Source of the DNA: Candidatus Methanomethylophilaceae archaeon
Lineage (GTDB): Archaea > Thermoplasmatota > Thermoplasmata > Methanomassiliicoccales > Methanomethylophilaceae
Direction of reading: 5' to 3'
Assembly (NCBI GenBank): GCA_051887655.1
Contig: JBJEZZ010000002.1
Location: 12,138-76,137, forward strand
Length of the DNA: 64,000 nt
Part shown: positions 19,282 through 28,376 of the stretch, one piece after another
How positions within the stretch are numbered: position 1 is the stretch's first letter
Layout: each line of letters starts with the position of its first letter
Notes under the pieces: model-generated
What the model saw: the letters and a program-made list of their open reading frames with translations, nothing else
What the model was told of the DNA's origin: nothing
Databases searched by the model: none
Position numbers and translations under genes: made by a program

Positions 19282-20178
19282 TCACAGCCCCAGGATGCGG
19301 GCCATGTTCCCGCCGAGGAGTGCGTCGGTGTTCCTGTCCCCGCCCAGATCCGTGTTGCGTATGAGGTCCACGAAACGGGACGAGGGTATGCTGTACTCGT
19401 ACAGCGGGAAGTCGGATCCGTACACCACGCGGTCCGGGAACCTGGATACCGCCTCGATGAGCCTTTCGCGGATGACGTCCACGGAATTGAGCGTCCAACC
19501 CTGCAGCGCAGAACAGTCGGTGTACACGTTGTCGCAGGCCTCCATCAGCGGGAAGAGCTCGTCGTGGAACTTCCCTCCCAGGTGGGCGATGATGAACTTC
19601 GTGTCCGGGTGCCTCTCCGCCACGGCCTTCATGAACGACGGGTGACAATATTTCTCGTCCAGCGGCGGCAGGGCCATGCCGGCATGGGTGGTGACCGGAA
19701 GACCCAGCTCCTCGACCTTCTTCCAGAAAGGCTCGTAACGGGGATCGTCCGGATAGAACCCGGTGGCGGGGTACATCTTCAGTCCCGCCGGTTCGTAGAG
19801 GTCATAGAAACGCTCCAGCATTTGAATGGCATCCTTGCGGTTCGGGTCGACACCCACGAACAGGAGCAGTCTGTCGTCGCACTGGCACTGGTCGTACAGC
19901 ATCTTCATATACTCGTCGTTGGACATCCTGCCCTCGTTGATCAGACCGAAATCGGTCGCAAGCACCACGGCCCTGTCCATGCCGGAGTATTCGAGCATCT
20001 CGTCGAGACCCTCTTTGGTGGCATCGTAATCGCTGAAAGGTATCTCCGCATCCAGTTCCAGCTTCAGGATGTCATCGTACATCTCCGCGAACTTCCTTGC
20101 GGGTTCCAGATAGTTCCTGATGGCCTCATCCGGAAGCACGTTCCTATCCCAGATGTGGATGTGCGCATCTATCAGCAT
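19282..20178 (-). CDS. amidohydrolase-family TIM-barrel metal hydrolase
   Basis: Internal start gives MLIDAHIHIWD (HxH metal motif), later THAG...IIAHLGG...GSDFP. The 31 upstream residues of the ORF-track version look non-coding. Confidence 0.8.
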   Translation of the reverse strand: MLIDAHIHIWDRNVLPDEAIRNYLEPARKFAEMYDDILKLELDAEIPFSDYDATKEGLDEMLEYSGMDRAVVLATDFGLINEGRMSNDEYMKMLYDQCQCDDRLLLFVGVDPNRKDAIQMLERFYDLYEPAGLKMYPATGFYPDDPRYEPFWKKVEELGLPVTTHAGMALPPLDEKYCHPSFMKAVAERHPDTKFIIAHLGGKFHDELFPLMEACDNVYTDCSALQGWTLNSVDVIRERLIEAVSRFPDRVVYGSDFPLYEYSIPSSRFVDLIRNTDLGGDRNTDALLGGNMARILGL

Positions 20179-20328
20179 GTACACAGGATAATCCGAGACC
20201 GTATATGTAACGTTCCAAACGCGTCGGAGACGCCGACAGGATATGATAGCCACACATACGGCGGGACGCATATGCCGGGCCCCCTTTCAGCGACAACCTT
20301 TATTAAGGGTCTTAACAATCGGCATCAT

Positions 20329-20493
20329 ATGTTCGGAAAGAAATCGAAGGCACCCGAGATGAGATATCAGTGCCTTGGATGTTACAAAACGTTCAAGACG
20401 GAGCAGGAAGCACTCGACTGCTGCGGATCTTTCATCCAGGCCTGGTCTACCAATTATACCAAATGGGGAAAGAACCACTGGTACGGCAGGTGA
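20329..20493 (+). CDS. possible small CxxC...CC zinc-binding protein (54 aa)
   Basis: MFGKKSKAPEMRYQCLGCYKTFKTEQEALDCCGSF... CTTTATTAAG box at 20298-20307 lies 22-31 nt before the ATG (leaderless geometry). Too short for certainty. Confidence 0.35.
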   Translation: MFGKKSKAPEMRYQCLGCYKTFKTEQEALDCCGSFIQAWSTNYTKWGKNHWYGR

Positions 20494-20562
20494 ATCCTGC
20501 CATCAAACCCAAACTCCCTTAACCAACTGATTCTCAGTCTTCACTGAAATGCGGGGACACAG

Positions 20563-20886
20563 ATGGACGGACAGGATATCACCATAAACAAGCTGGAGGA
20601 GGACATCTCGCTTCTAATCCGTCATATCAAGATGCTTCGTGTCACCAAGGAGAATCAACCGATAGGGATCATCAGACTCTCCGAGATTACCGATATTCCG
20701 AAACACAAGATCAGATATTCGCTCAGATTGCTCGAGAAGGACGGCGTCATAGCTCCGTCGCCGGAGGGGGCGGTCGTCACCGAAAAGTACGAATCGTACA
20801 TGCGCGACACGCTCGCGTACGTGGACAAGCTCCGTGCGTCCGTGGACGAGGTCGAGGCCCTTCTGAAGGATGCTCTGACGCTGTGA
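20563..20886 (+). CDS. winged-helix transcriptional regulator (107 aa)
   Basis: IGIIRLSEITDIPKHKIRYSLRLLEKDGVI recognition helix and wing. Confidence 0.65.
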   Translation: MDGQDITINKLEEDISLLIRHIKMLRVTKENQPIGIIRLSEITDIPKHKIRYSLRLLEKDGVIAPSPEGAVVTEKYESYMRDTLAYVDKLRASVDEVEALLKDALTL

Positions 20887-20895
20887 ACCGAATGT

Positions 20896-20910
20896 AAAAA
20901 ATTTTTTATA
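20896..20910 (+). promoter_or_regulatory. A/T box (AAAAAATTTTTTATA) 25-39 nt upstream of tRNA-Asn; its T-run may also terminate the preceding gene
   Basis: Position relative to the mature tRNA 5' end fits an archaeal TATA box. Confidence 0.5.
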
Positions 20911-20934
20911 CCAGACCTTCAATGCAAGTACTAG

Positions 20935-21007
20935 GCCGGCATAGCTCAGTTGGTAGAGCGTGTGACTGTTAATCACAAGGTCCAAGGTCCGAGTCCTTGT
21001 GCCGGCG
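20935..21007 (+). tRNA. tRNA-Asn (anticodon GUU), no encoded CCA
   Basis: Acceptor GCCGGCA/TGCCGGC, anticodon arm TGTGA-CTGTTAA-TCACA, T arm CAAGG-TCCGAGT-CCTTG. Confidence 0.9.
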
Positions 21008-21139
21008 CCTTTCTGTCACATCATCATCGCAGGAGAACGTCACATATCCCCCATACACACGTATCCTGCCATAAGATCCTCCGAACGGCCGAACAAAGCA
21101 AACAAATTAAATATGGTAGAGAGTTAGGGGATTCCGTGG

Positions 21140-21212
21140 GGGCCTGTAGCTTAGTCGGTGGAGCGACTGGCTCATAACCAGTTGGTCGTCGGTTCAAATC
21201 CGGCCAGGCCCA
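21140..21212 (+). tRNA. tRNA with CAU anticodon (elongator Met, or Ile2 if C34 is modified), no encoded CCA
   Basis: Acceptor GGGCCTG/CAGGCCC, anticodon arm ACTGG-CTCATAA-CCAGT, T loop TTCAAAT. The 5' end is not the AGCGGG-type start I associate with archaeal initiator tRNAs. Confidence 0.85.
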
Positions 21213-21345
21213 CATAATCCTGTTCTTGATTGTCACTTGATCGGATCCCATGATCTGGCATATCACATGCCCATGACCGGTTGCTCATACTGCGGATACG
21301 GAGAAAGGACGGTATAATCGGATATTCGAAGAGGACGAAAGAACC

Positions 21346-21407
21346 GTTTCCAAGGATGCACCGATGCATGGGACCGAGGGGATTCGGTGACCCCTCTCCT
21401 TGGAAAC
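21346..21407. repeat. 11-bp inverted repeat (GTTTCCAAGGA / TCCTTGGAAAC) enclosing two internal hairpins
   Basis: Arms at 21346-21356 and 21397-21407. Inner hairpins are ATGCA-ccga-TGCAT (21356-21369) and GAGGGG-9 nt-CCCCTC (21376-21396). Sits in a 248-nt non-coding gap after the tRNA pair. Confidence 0.5.
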
Positions 21408-21460
21408 ATCCTTCCCATACAAGCAGAGATGTTCCGGGATCCGGTCCCGATGCGCCCGTG

Positions 21461-22132
21461 TCACGCGTCGCATCCTGATGTGCTGCCAAACACGATCCCC
21501 TTCAATCCGGTGACATCGTCCAGGACATCTATCTTCGGATACCTCTCGAACTCGTGCGGGGGATTCGGTCCGGTCCTGACACCCACGAAATCCACCCCGG
21601 CCCTGTATGCGGCCTCGGCATCCACATCGGTATCCCCTACGAATACGGTCTCGGACGGGGTCACACCGAAACGTTCCATCGCACGGAACAGCCCCTCGGG
21701 ATCGGGCTTCTCCCTGTCCACATCGTCGGCGCCTATGATGAGGTCCACAAGATCCGGTACGCCGTTGGCCTCGAAGATCTCCCTTATCCTGTCCCCGTAC
21801 TTCGTGGACACCACCGCGATCCTGATCCCGTGCGCCCTGAAACATCTGAGCATATCGATCACGCCGTCATAGAAGTAAGCCTGATGGGACATGTCGCGGT
21901 CTGCCTCCCTCAGGAAATGTTCGGAGAAGATACGTGCGTTCCCGATGTCGCTGTCACCCGTGAGTTCCCTGTACGTCCTTTCCAGCGAGAGCCCCACGGT
22001 ATGGCATACCGCATTCGCGTCGCAATGCGGAAGACCCAGGGCATCCATCCCGGCATTGACGCATTGGACGATGCCCTCCGTGGTGTCACCCAGGGTGTAA
22101 TCGAAATCGCTGAGAACCGCCTTGTACCTCAC
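21461..22132 (-). CDS. HAD-superfamily phosphatase (phosphoglycolate phosphatase-like)
   Basis: AVLSDFDYTLGDT motif I, VVSTK motif II, VGDTDVD motif IV; GTG start. Confidence 0.85.
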   Translation of the reverse strand: MRYKAVLSDFDYTLGDTTEGIVQCVNAGMDALGLPHCDANAVCHTVGLSLERTYRELTGDSDIGNARIFSEHFLREADRDMSHQAYFYDGVIDMLRCFRAHGIRIAVVSTKYGDRIREIFEANGVPDLVDLIIGADDVDREKPDPEGLFRAMERFGVTPSETVFVGDTDVDAEAAYRAGVDFVGVRTGPNPPHEFERYPKIDVLDDVTGLKGIVFGSTSGCDA

Positions 22133-22182
22133 ACCTTACACTATGCCAAAATCATATATTACAGGAATGGAAAGGGAACACG

Positions 22183-22989
22183 ATGAACGGGACGTCCTGC
22201 ATGATCATCAGGAATACGGTATCCTGGAATCCGTGGCACGGATGCAGGAAGGTCAGCAGGGGATGCCTCAATTGCTACATGTACGAAGGCGACCGCTGCA
22301 GAGGAGTCCCCGGGAGCTCCACCGTGAGGAGGTCGTCCACACAGTTCGACAGACCGATACGCAGGAACAGGAACGGGAGGTATGTCCTGAACGATGTGCT
22401 GGTGATGACATCCATGACCAGCGATTTCTTCATCGAGGAGGCCGACGTGTGGCGCGACGAGGCATGGAGGGTGATCTCGATGAGGAAGGACCTCACGTTC
22501 GAGATCCTGACGAAACGTCCGGAACGCATCATGGAGTCCCTTCCGAAGGATTGGGGCGATGGATATCCCAACGTCCGCATGTCCGTAAGCGCGGAGGATC
22601 AGGAGGCCTGGGACATCCGTGTCCCGATACTGATGTCCGTACCGGCGAGGAAGAGGGACGTGTTCGTCGCCCCCATGATCGGCAGGATCGACGGGGACAA
22701 GCTGTTATCCGAGGGGAGGATCGATGCGGTCTTCGCGGGAGGGGAGTATGGCCGCGGGGAGGTGAGGCCCTGTGACATCGAATGGGTGTCGTCGCTGAGG
22801 GAGTCCTGCGTGTCCAACGGTGTCACGTTCATCTGGAGGAACTGCGGCACGCTCCTGGTCAGGGACGGGGTCATGTCGCGTTACGACAGCCTCGCCGAAC
22901 AGGGAGTCGTATGCTCCTCCGCGGGCATGGATTATATCGTAGACCCGATATTGCCCAAAAGGGCCGCGGAACAGACACGGCTCTTCTGA
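22183..22989 (+). CDS. DUF5131 / phage Gp37-Gp68 family protein
   Basis: N-terminal VSWNPWHGCRKVSRGCLNCYMY three-Cys signature of this family. AT box AAAATCATATATTAC at about 22147-22163. Confidence 0.75.
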   Translation: MNGTSCMIIRNTVSWNPWHGCRKVSRGCLNCYMYEGDRCRGVPGSSTVRRSSTQFDRPIRRNRNGRYVLNDVLVMTSMTSDFFIEEADVWRDEAWRVISMRKDLTFEILTKRPERIMESLPKDWGDGYPNVRMSVSAEDQEAWDIRVPILMSVPARKRDVFVAPMIGRIDGDKLLSEGRIDAVFAGGEYGRGEVRPCDIEWVSSLRESCVSNGVTFIWRNCGTLLVRDGVMSRYDSLAEQGVVCSSAGMDYIVDPILPKRAAEQTRLF

Positions 22990-22998
22990 GGCCGTAGG

Positions 22999-23874
22999 AT
23001 GAACACGCTGCAAAGAAGGATCGTCATACTGTTCGCGACGCTGATGCTGTCCGTATCCGCTATACTCACGAGGTACACGGATGCGGATGCCATAGGGCTC
23101 TCGTTCTACAGAATGCTATTCTCCGCGCTCCTCACCGTACCGATCGCGCTGTTCGTCAGATACAGGGGCGAACTTGGTTCGATGGATGCGAAGAGCTGTC
23201 TCCTCTGCATCATGAGCGGCGTGATCCTGGCACTGCATTTCGCCATGTTCTTCGATTCCGTCAGGTACACCTCGGTGGCATCCAGCCTGGTGTTCATCAA
23301 CACGTCCGTGTTCTTCAATGCGGGGATAATGTACATCCTGTTCAGGGAAGCGATATCGAAGAAGGCCGTGGGTGCGATAGGCATCACGTTCGGCGGAAGC
23401 ATCCTGATCGCCGCAGGCGATTTCGGCGGGGGCAGCATGCAGATCTGGGGGGATGTGCTCGCCATCATCGGGGCGCTGCTGTTCTCGTTCTACACCATCA
23501 TAGGCGCGAAGGTCAGGACGGGCATGTCCACCGCATTGTACACCCTGGTCGTGTACTCCGCGGCCGCGGTGACGGCATTCATCATATGCATGTCCGGCGG
23601 AGGGGACATCTCCGGATTCGGACCGACGGACTACGGCGCGGCATTCGGCATGGCGCTGTTCTGCACGATACTGGGTCAGACGATCTACAGCTGGGGCCTG
23701 AAGTACGAATCGCCGACCTTCATCGCCGTGATAAACCTTGGAGAACCGGTCTTCGGAGCACTGCTGGCACTGGTCCTCCTCTCGGAGATACCGGCACCTT
23801 TCGTGATAGCAGGCTCCGTGATAGTGTTGGGAGGGATGTACCTCTTCTCCGTCCATACGGAAGGAGAGAGGTGA
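22999..23874 (+). CDS. EamA/DMT-family transporter (10 TM)
   Basis: Two EamA-like halves of hydrophobic helices; 291 aa. Confidence 0.85.
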   Translation: MNTLQRRIVILFATLMLSVSAILTRYTDADAIGLSFYRMLFSALLTVPIALFVRYRGELGSMDAKSCLLCIMSGVILALHFAMFFDSVRYTSVASSLVFINTSVFFNAGIMYILFREAISKKAVGAIGITFGGSILIAAGDFGGGSMQIWGDVLAIIGALLFSFYTIIGAKVRTGMSTALYTLVVYSAAAVTAFIICMSGGGDISGFGPTDYGAAFGMALFCTILGQTIYSWGLKYESPTFIAVINLGEPVFGALLALVLLSEIPAPFVIAGSVIVLGGMYLFSVHTEGER

Positions 23875-23881
23875 CACCGCA

Positions 23882-25927
23882 TCACCTCCTCTTCTTTTTC
23901 TTCCCGCTTCCCAACACGCTGCGGTACAGGTAGAGCAGGAACCCGACGATGACCGCACCGACGGACACCGTCGCCACGGTCTCCACGGGGATGTCGGGGG
24001 TGTCCGAAGACTGTTGTTCGATGATCGTTCCGTCGAAGTTCTGGACGGACAGGAAGAATCTGCCGGTCTTCCCGTCGCTGTCGGTGATCCTGACCGCGTC
24101 CACACCGTCGAGGGATTCCACCGTGTAATACGGGGACTGGGTCTCGTAGGTCTCGGAGGTGTCACCCTTGACGATCTCCCAGGTGTAGGGGGCCTTTCCG
24201 CCGTCCACGTTGAAACGGACGGGTCCGCTGCCGGAGATGTATTCGTCCGGAGTGACCTCCAGGCTGTTGGCAACGGGTTTGTAATTGTAGTTCCAGTCCT
24301 CCATGAACTCGGAAAGATAGAAATCCGTCACCCTTCCGTCCATGATGTACAGGCCGCATTCCCTGTTGTTGCAGAACGCGTTCTCCGTCCAGTTGACGGA
24401 CGACACCCAGACACAATCGTCGATGATGACCCCTTTGTTATGCATGGTCGCATATCCGTTCGAGGTCATCTTGGCCGCCTTCACGTTGGATTGGTTGTTG
24501 AGATAGGACAGCAGCTCCTTCGAATCCTCGGCGATCAGGAACCTCGAATCCACTCCGCGCGCAGCGGCCTCGACCATGAAACGTATGGGGGACTGGTTGC
24601 TCGGATCCTCGAAGGATTTTCCGACATCCATCTGCTCGGTGTAGATCCTCTCCTTGGCGTTGCTCATGTAGTAGTTGATCGCCTTCAGAGTGTTGTCCGG
24701 GGACATGTACATCTTGAAATGCGCCCCGGGGATCACGGAACCGGACTCCGGGAGACCGCTGACGTATGCGGAGACCTCGCTCATCGTGAGAAGTTCGGCA
24801 CCGCTGATCGGACTGCTCAGCTTCTCCCCGAGCGTGGCCACGTCCTTTCCGTTCCAGTCATTGGAGAAATAGGATTCCATGTATGCCGCGTAATCCGCGG
24901 ATTCGACGACCGCTCCCCATCCCCTGTTCCCCTTGCCGTCACCCAGGTTGGGGCCGGTCCAGTTCTCGGACGTGACTATGACCGTGTCGCCGTCTATGAT
25001 GCAGTACTTGTTGTGGACGTAGGAGTATCTGTCCTCGGACGCGTCCCCTCCCACGGGATATCCGATGAAGGAGACCTCTCCGCCCTTGTCGACGATCGAT
25101 TGCAGGATATCGTACGAATGGTCGTAACCCAGCGGTTTGTTCTCCAGAAGGACCCTGACCTCCACGCCGGCACTGGCCTTGGCGGCCAATATCGAAGCGA
25201 CGTGTTCGCTCGTCAGCATGTATATCGAGATGTGGATGCTGCTGTCCGCATCCATCAGCGCCCTGAGTACGGGCCCTCCCTTGGAATCGGGGAACACGAA
25301 CGGCAGCACGTTCCCGGTGAATTCGGGGACGTCGTAGAATCCGTTGGACGTCATACCGTCGGCCGCGGAGATCCAATCGAAGCTGGAATTGGAATCCGTG
25401 GGCTCCACCCTGCGTATGGCCTCCTTCGGACCGTAGAGCTGTACCGGGTCGCCCACCCAGTCGTTCGCGGAGGGCATGGTCTTCACGGACCCGTACGAGA
25501 CCACATCCACATTCCTGCCGGAACTGTCACAGAGGTACACGTTGGTACCGCCGTTGGTGAACATGGTGCCGATCCCGTCGGTGGTCTTCACGGTCCTGTC
25601 GGTGCAGAACCAGGAACCGGACACCTTCTCCTTGATGAAGGCCACGATCTCGCCTGCGGACAGGGTGATGTCGGGCAGAGAGTACTGTTTGCCGCTCTGG
25701 TTCTTCACATAGTATCCATTCAGGACGACGGAACCGCTGCCATAGTTCTTGATGGAGAAACAATCGCCGAGATCGGAATCGTTGTACACCACCTCGTACA
25801 GCCTCACCCCGTCTATCTCACTTCCCTCGGGGACCTCCGCGTGGTCGGTCTCCGCGATCACCGGGATCGCGGCGAAGACCATCAGAAGCACCACTGCTAT
25901 CGCTAATGCATCCCTTCCCAATTGCAT
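23882..25927 (-). CDS. surface-anchored LTD plus double-PLD (HKD) phosphodiesterase/nuclease-like protein
   Basis: Signal-like N terminus; lamin-tail-like segment (LYEVVYNDSDLGDCFSIKNYGSGSVVLNGYYVKN); two HKD motifs (HNKYCIIDGDTVIVTSENW, HNKGVIIDDCVWVSSVNW); C-terminal TM helix plus KKKKRR. Confidence 0.85.
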   Translation of the reverse strand: MQLGRDALAIAVVLLMVFAAIPVIAETDHAEVPEGSEIDGVRLYEVVYNDSDLGDCFSIKNYGSGSVVLNGYYVKNQSGKQYSLPDITLSAGEIVAFIKEKVSGSWFCTDRTVKTTDGIGTMFTNGGTNVYLCDSSGRNVDVVSYGSVKTMPSANDWVGDPVQLYGPKEAIRRVEPTDSNSSFDWISAADGMTSNGFYDVPEFTGNVLPFVFPDSKGGPVLRALMDADSSIHISIYMLTSEHVASILAAKASAGVEVRVLLENKPLGYDHSYDILQSIVDKGGEVSFIGYPVGGDASEDRYSYVHNKYCIIDGDTVIVTSENWTGPNLGDGKGNRGWGAVVESADYAAYMESYFSNDWNGKDVATLGEKLSSPISGAELLTMSEVSAYVSGLPESGSVIPGAHFKMYMSPDNTLKAINYYMSNAKERIYTEQMDVGKSFEDPSNQSPIRFMVEAAARGVDSRFLIAEDSKELLSYLNNQSNVKAAKMTSNGYATMHNKGVIIDDCVWVSSVNWTENAFCNNRECGLYIMDGRVTDFYLSEFMEDWNYNYKPVANSLEVTPDEYISGSGPVRFNVDGGKAPYTWEIVKGDTSETYETQSPYYTVESLDGVDAVRITDSDGKTGRFFLSVQNFDGTIIEQQSSDTPDIPVETVATVSVGAVIVGFLLYLYRSVLGSGKKKKRR

Positions 25928-25980
25928 GATTCATGATTATCCTCTAGGGATTTAACCTGTACGCATCCCGATTTTTAGAT

Positions 25981-26244
25981 ATGCCTAAATCTAAATATGA
26001 CGAAAAAGATAGCCAACATATGTCAAAGAAGACTCTGAAGATCGAAGGAATGATGTGCGAGAACTGTTCCGCCAAGGTCCGTAACGCACTGAGCGGGATC
26101 GACGGTGTCGTTTCCGTGACCGCGGATCACAGGAAGGGTACGGCAGTAGTCGAATCCGAGACGGAGATCCCCGACGACACCCTCCTCATGGCCGTCATCG
26201 ATGCCGGATTCAAGGGGAAGGTCAAGAAGGGTCTCTTCAAATGA
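25981..26244 (+). CDS. copZ: heavy-metal-associated copper chaperone CopZ
   Basis: LKIEGMMCENCSAKV metal-binding motif. An alternative leaderless start at ATG 26020 (MSKKTLKIEG) is at least as plausible. ATGA overlap with copA. Confidence 0.85.
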   Translation: MPKSKYDEKDSQHMSKKTLKIEGMMCENCSAKVRNALSGIDGVVSVTADHRKGTAVVESETEIPDDTLLMAVIDAGFKGKVKKGLFK

Positions 26245-28376
26245 CGTCCGAGACGTTCAAGGTCAGCGGCATGTCGTGTGCCGCATGTTCGGCACGCATA
26301 GAGAAGGAACTGGGCAGACTGAACGGTGTCGTTTCCGTGGAGGCCGTGTTCGCCGGCAACACGGTGACGGTCTCGTTCGATCCGGACAAGGTCTCGGAGG
26401 AGAGGATCGCATCCGTCCTCGACAGGATCGGATACCCCGTGAGGGGGAACGGTGCGCAGACCCCGGATTGGGACCCGCGCAAGATCATCCTGTCCGGTAT
26501 ACTGTCAGTCATACTCTTCGTCTATGCCATGGGTCCGATGTTCGGCCTGGATATTCCCGGGTCGGACGATCCCAGAGTGTATTCCACCGTACAGCTGGCA
26601 CTGTGTCTCCCGGTGCTGCTGATGTGCAAGAAGTTCTTCGTCAAGGGCGCAAGGTCCCTGATGTCCGGCACCCCTACGATGGACACCCTGGTGTCCCTCG
26701 GCTCCGGTGCGGCGTTCGTCTACAGCGTGTACATCACGGTGCGGTCGTACGTCACCGGCATGGATGCCATGGGGATCTGTTTCGATTCCGCGGCCATGAT
26801 CCTGACGCTGATATCCGTCGGGAAGTATCTCGAATGGCGTTCGCGCATGAAGGCGGATGACGCAGTCAATGAACTGCTGGCACTCGTGCCTGACACCGCC
26901 AATGTCATCCGGGACGGAGAGGAACTCACCGTACCGACGTCCGAACTGACCGTGGGGGACACGGTCATAGTCAGACCCGGCGAGAGGATATCCGCGGACG
27001 GGGAGGTCGTCGAAGGGAGGTCGTCCGTCGACGAATCCATGCTGACCGGCGAACATGTACCAGTCCTCAAATCGGATGCGGATCAGGTGTACAGCGGCAC
27101 GATGAACGTGGACGGTACGTTCACCTTCAGGGTCACCGGCATCGGCGAGAACACGATGATCTCCGACATCGCCGCCATGATGGAGGAGGCGAAATCCACC
27201 AAGGCACCCATAGCCAGGATGGCGGACCGTGTGGCCGCGCGCTTCGTGCCCGCGGTCATCGCCATATCGCTGATATCCGCCGCACTGTGGCTGATCGCCG
27301 GGAAGGACATACCCTTCGCGCTGAACATAGCCATATCCGTCCTGGTCGTGTCCTGCCCATGCGCATTGGGCCTCGCCACCCCCCTCGCCATAACCGTGGG
27401 ATCGGGAAGGGCGGCAGAGCTCGGGATACTGTTCAGGGACGCCAGTTCGCTGGAGAGGTCCGGGAGGACGGATTCCGTCATACTCGACAAGACCGGGACG
27501 GTGACGTACGGCAGGCCTGTCGTCGAATCGTTCGACGGACCGGATTGGACGCTCCCCGCGATCGGCGCGGGGGAATCCCTGTCCGAGCACCCGGTCGGAC
27601 GCGCCATATCGGAATACTGTTCTCTGCACGGGGATGCCCCGGACGAGGATGCGAAGGATTTCGAGTACACCGTGGGCAGAGGGATATCGTTCACCTACGG
27701 CGGACACAGGTACAATGTCGGTTCCGGCGACGAGGCGGCGGACGGTACGGAAGGGACCGTGACGTACGTATCCGTCGACGGGGAACCGTACGGCAGGTTC
27801 GTACTCTCCGACAGGATAAGGGACGAATCCCCCGATACCGTCGGATGGCTCTCCGCGATGGGTGTGGACGTGCACATGGTCACGGGGGACAACGAGGGTT
27901 CCGCATCCTCGGTGGCGGATGCGTGCGGCATAAGGTCGTACATGTCCAAGGCGCTGCCCGCGGACAAGGTGATGTACGTCAAGAAGGAACAGGCGCGCGG
28001 GCGCTACGTGATGATGGTGGGGGACGGGATCAACGACTCCCCCGCACTGGCGCAGGCGGATGTGGGGGTATCGATGAGATCCGGGAGCGACATAGCCCTC
28101 ACCGCATCCGACGTGGTGCTGATGAACGACGACCTCGCCAACGTCCCCCGCACCATAGAGTGCGGGAAGGCCGTCCTGAGGAACATCAAACAGAACCTCT
28201 TCCTCGCCGTATGCTATAACGGTGTGTGCATCCCGTTCATGGCCGGATTGCCGTATCTCTTCGGGATGTCCGAGATGGGACACATGCCGATGCTGGCGGC
28301 GGCCGCGATGTCGCTGTCCTCACTGTCGGTGGTGTCCAACGCGCTGAGGCTCAGACGGTTCCGCCCGTCTCACTGA
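26241..28376 (+). CDS. copA: copper-translocating P1B-type ATPase
   Basis: N-terminal GMSCAACSARIE HMA domain, TM CPC motif (SCPCALGLATP), DKTGTVT, GDGINDSPAL. Confidence 0.95.
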   Translation: MTSETFKVSGMSCAACSARIEKELGRLNGVVSVEAVFAGNTVTVSFDPDKVSEERIASVLDRIGYPVRGNGAQTPDWDPRKIILSGILSVILFVYAMGPMFGLDIPGSDDPRVYSTVQLALCLPVLLMCKKFFVKGARSLMSGTPTMDTLVSLGSGAAFVYSVYITVRSYVTGMDAMGICFDSAAMILTLISVGKYLEWRSRMKADDAVNELLALVPDTANVIRDGEELTVPTSELTVGDTVIVRPGERISADGEVVEGRSSVDESMLTGEHVPVLKSDADQVYSGTMNVDGTFTFRVTGIGENTMISDIAAMMEEAKSTKAPIARMADRVAARFVPAVIAISLISAALWLIAGKDIPFALNIAISVLVVSCPCALGLATPLAITVGSGRAAELGILFRDASSLERSGRTDSVILDKTGTVTYGRPVVESFDGPDWTLPAIGAGESLSEHPVGRAISEYCSLHGDAPDEDAKDFEYTVGRGISFTYGGHRYNVGSGDEAADGTEGTVTYVSVDGEPYGRFVLSDRIRDESPDTVGWLSAMGVDVHMVTGDNEGSASSVADACGIRSYMSKALPADKVMYVKKEQARGRYVMMVGDGINDSPALAQADVGVSMRSGSDIALTASDVVLMNDDLANVPRTIECGKAVLRNIKQNLFLAVCYNGVCIPFMAGLPYLFGMSEMGHMPMLAAAAMSLSSLSVVSNALRLRRFRPSH

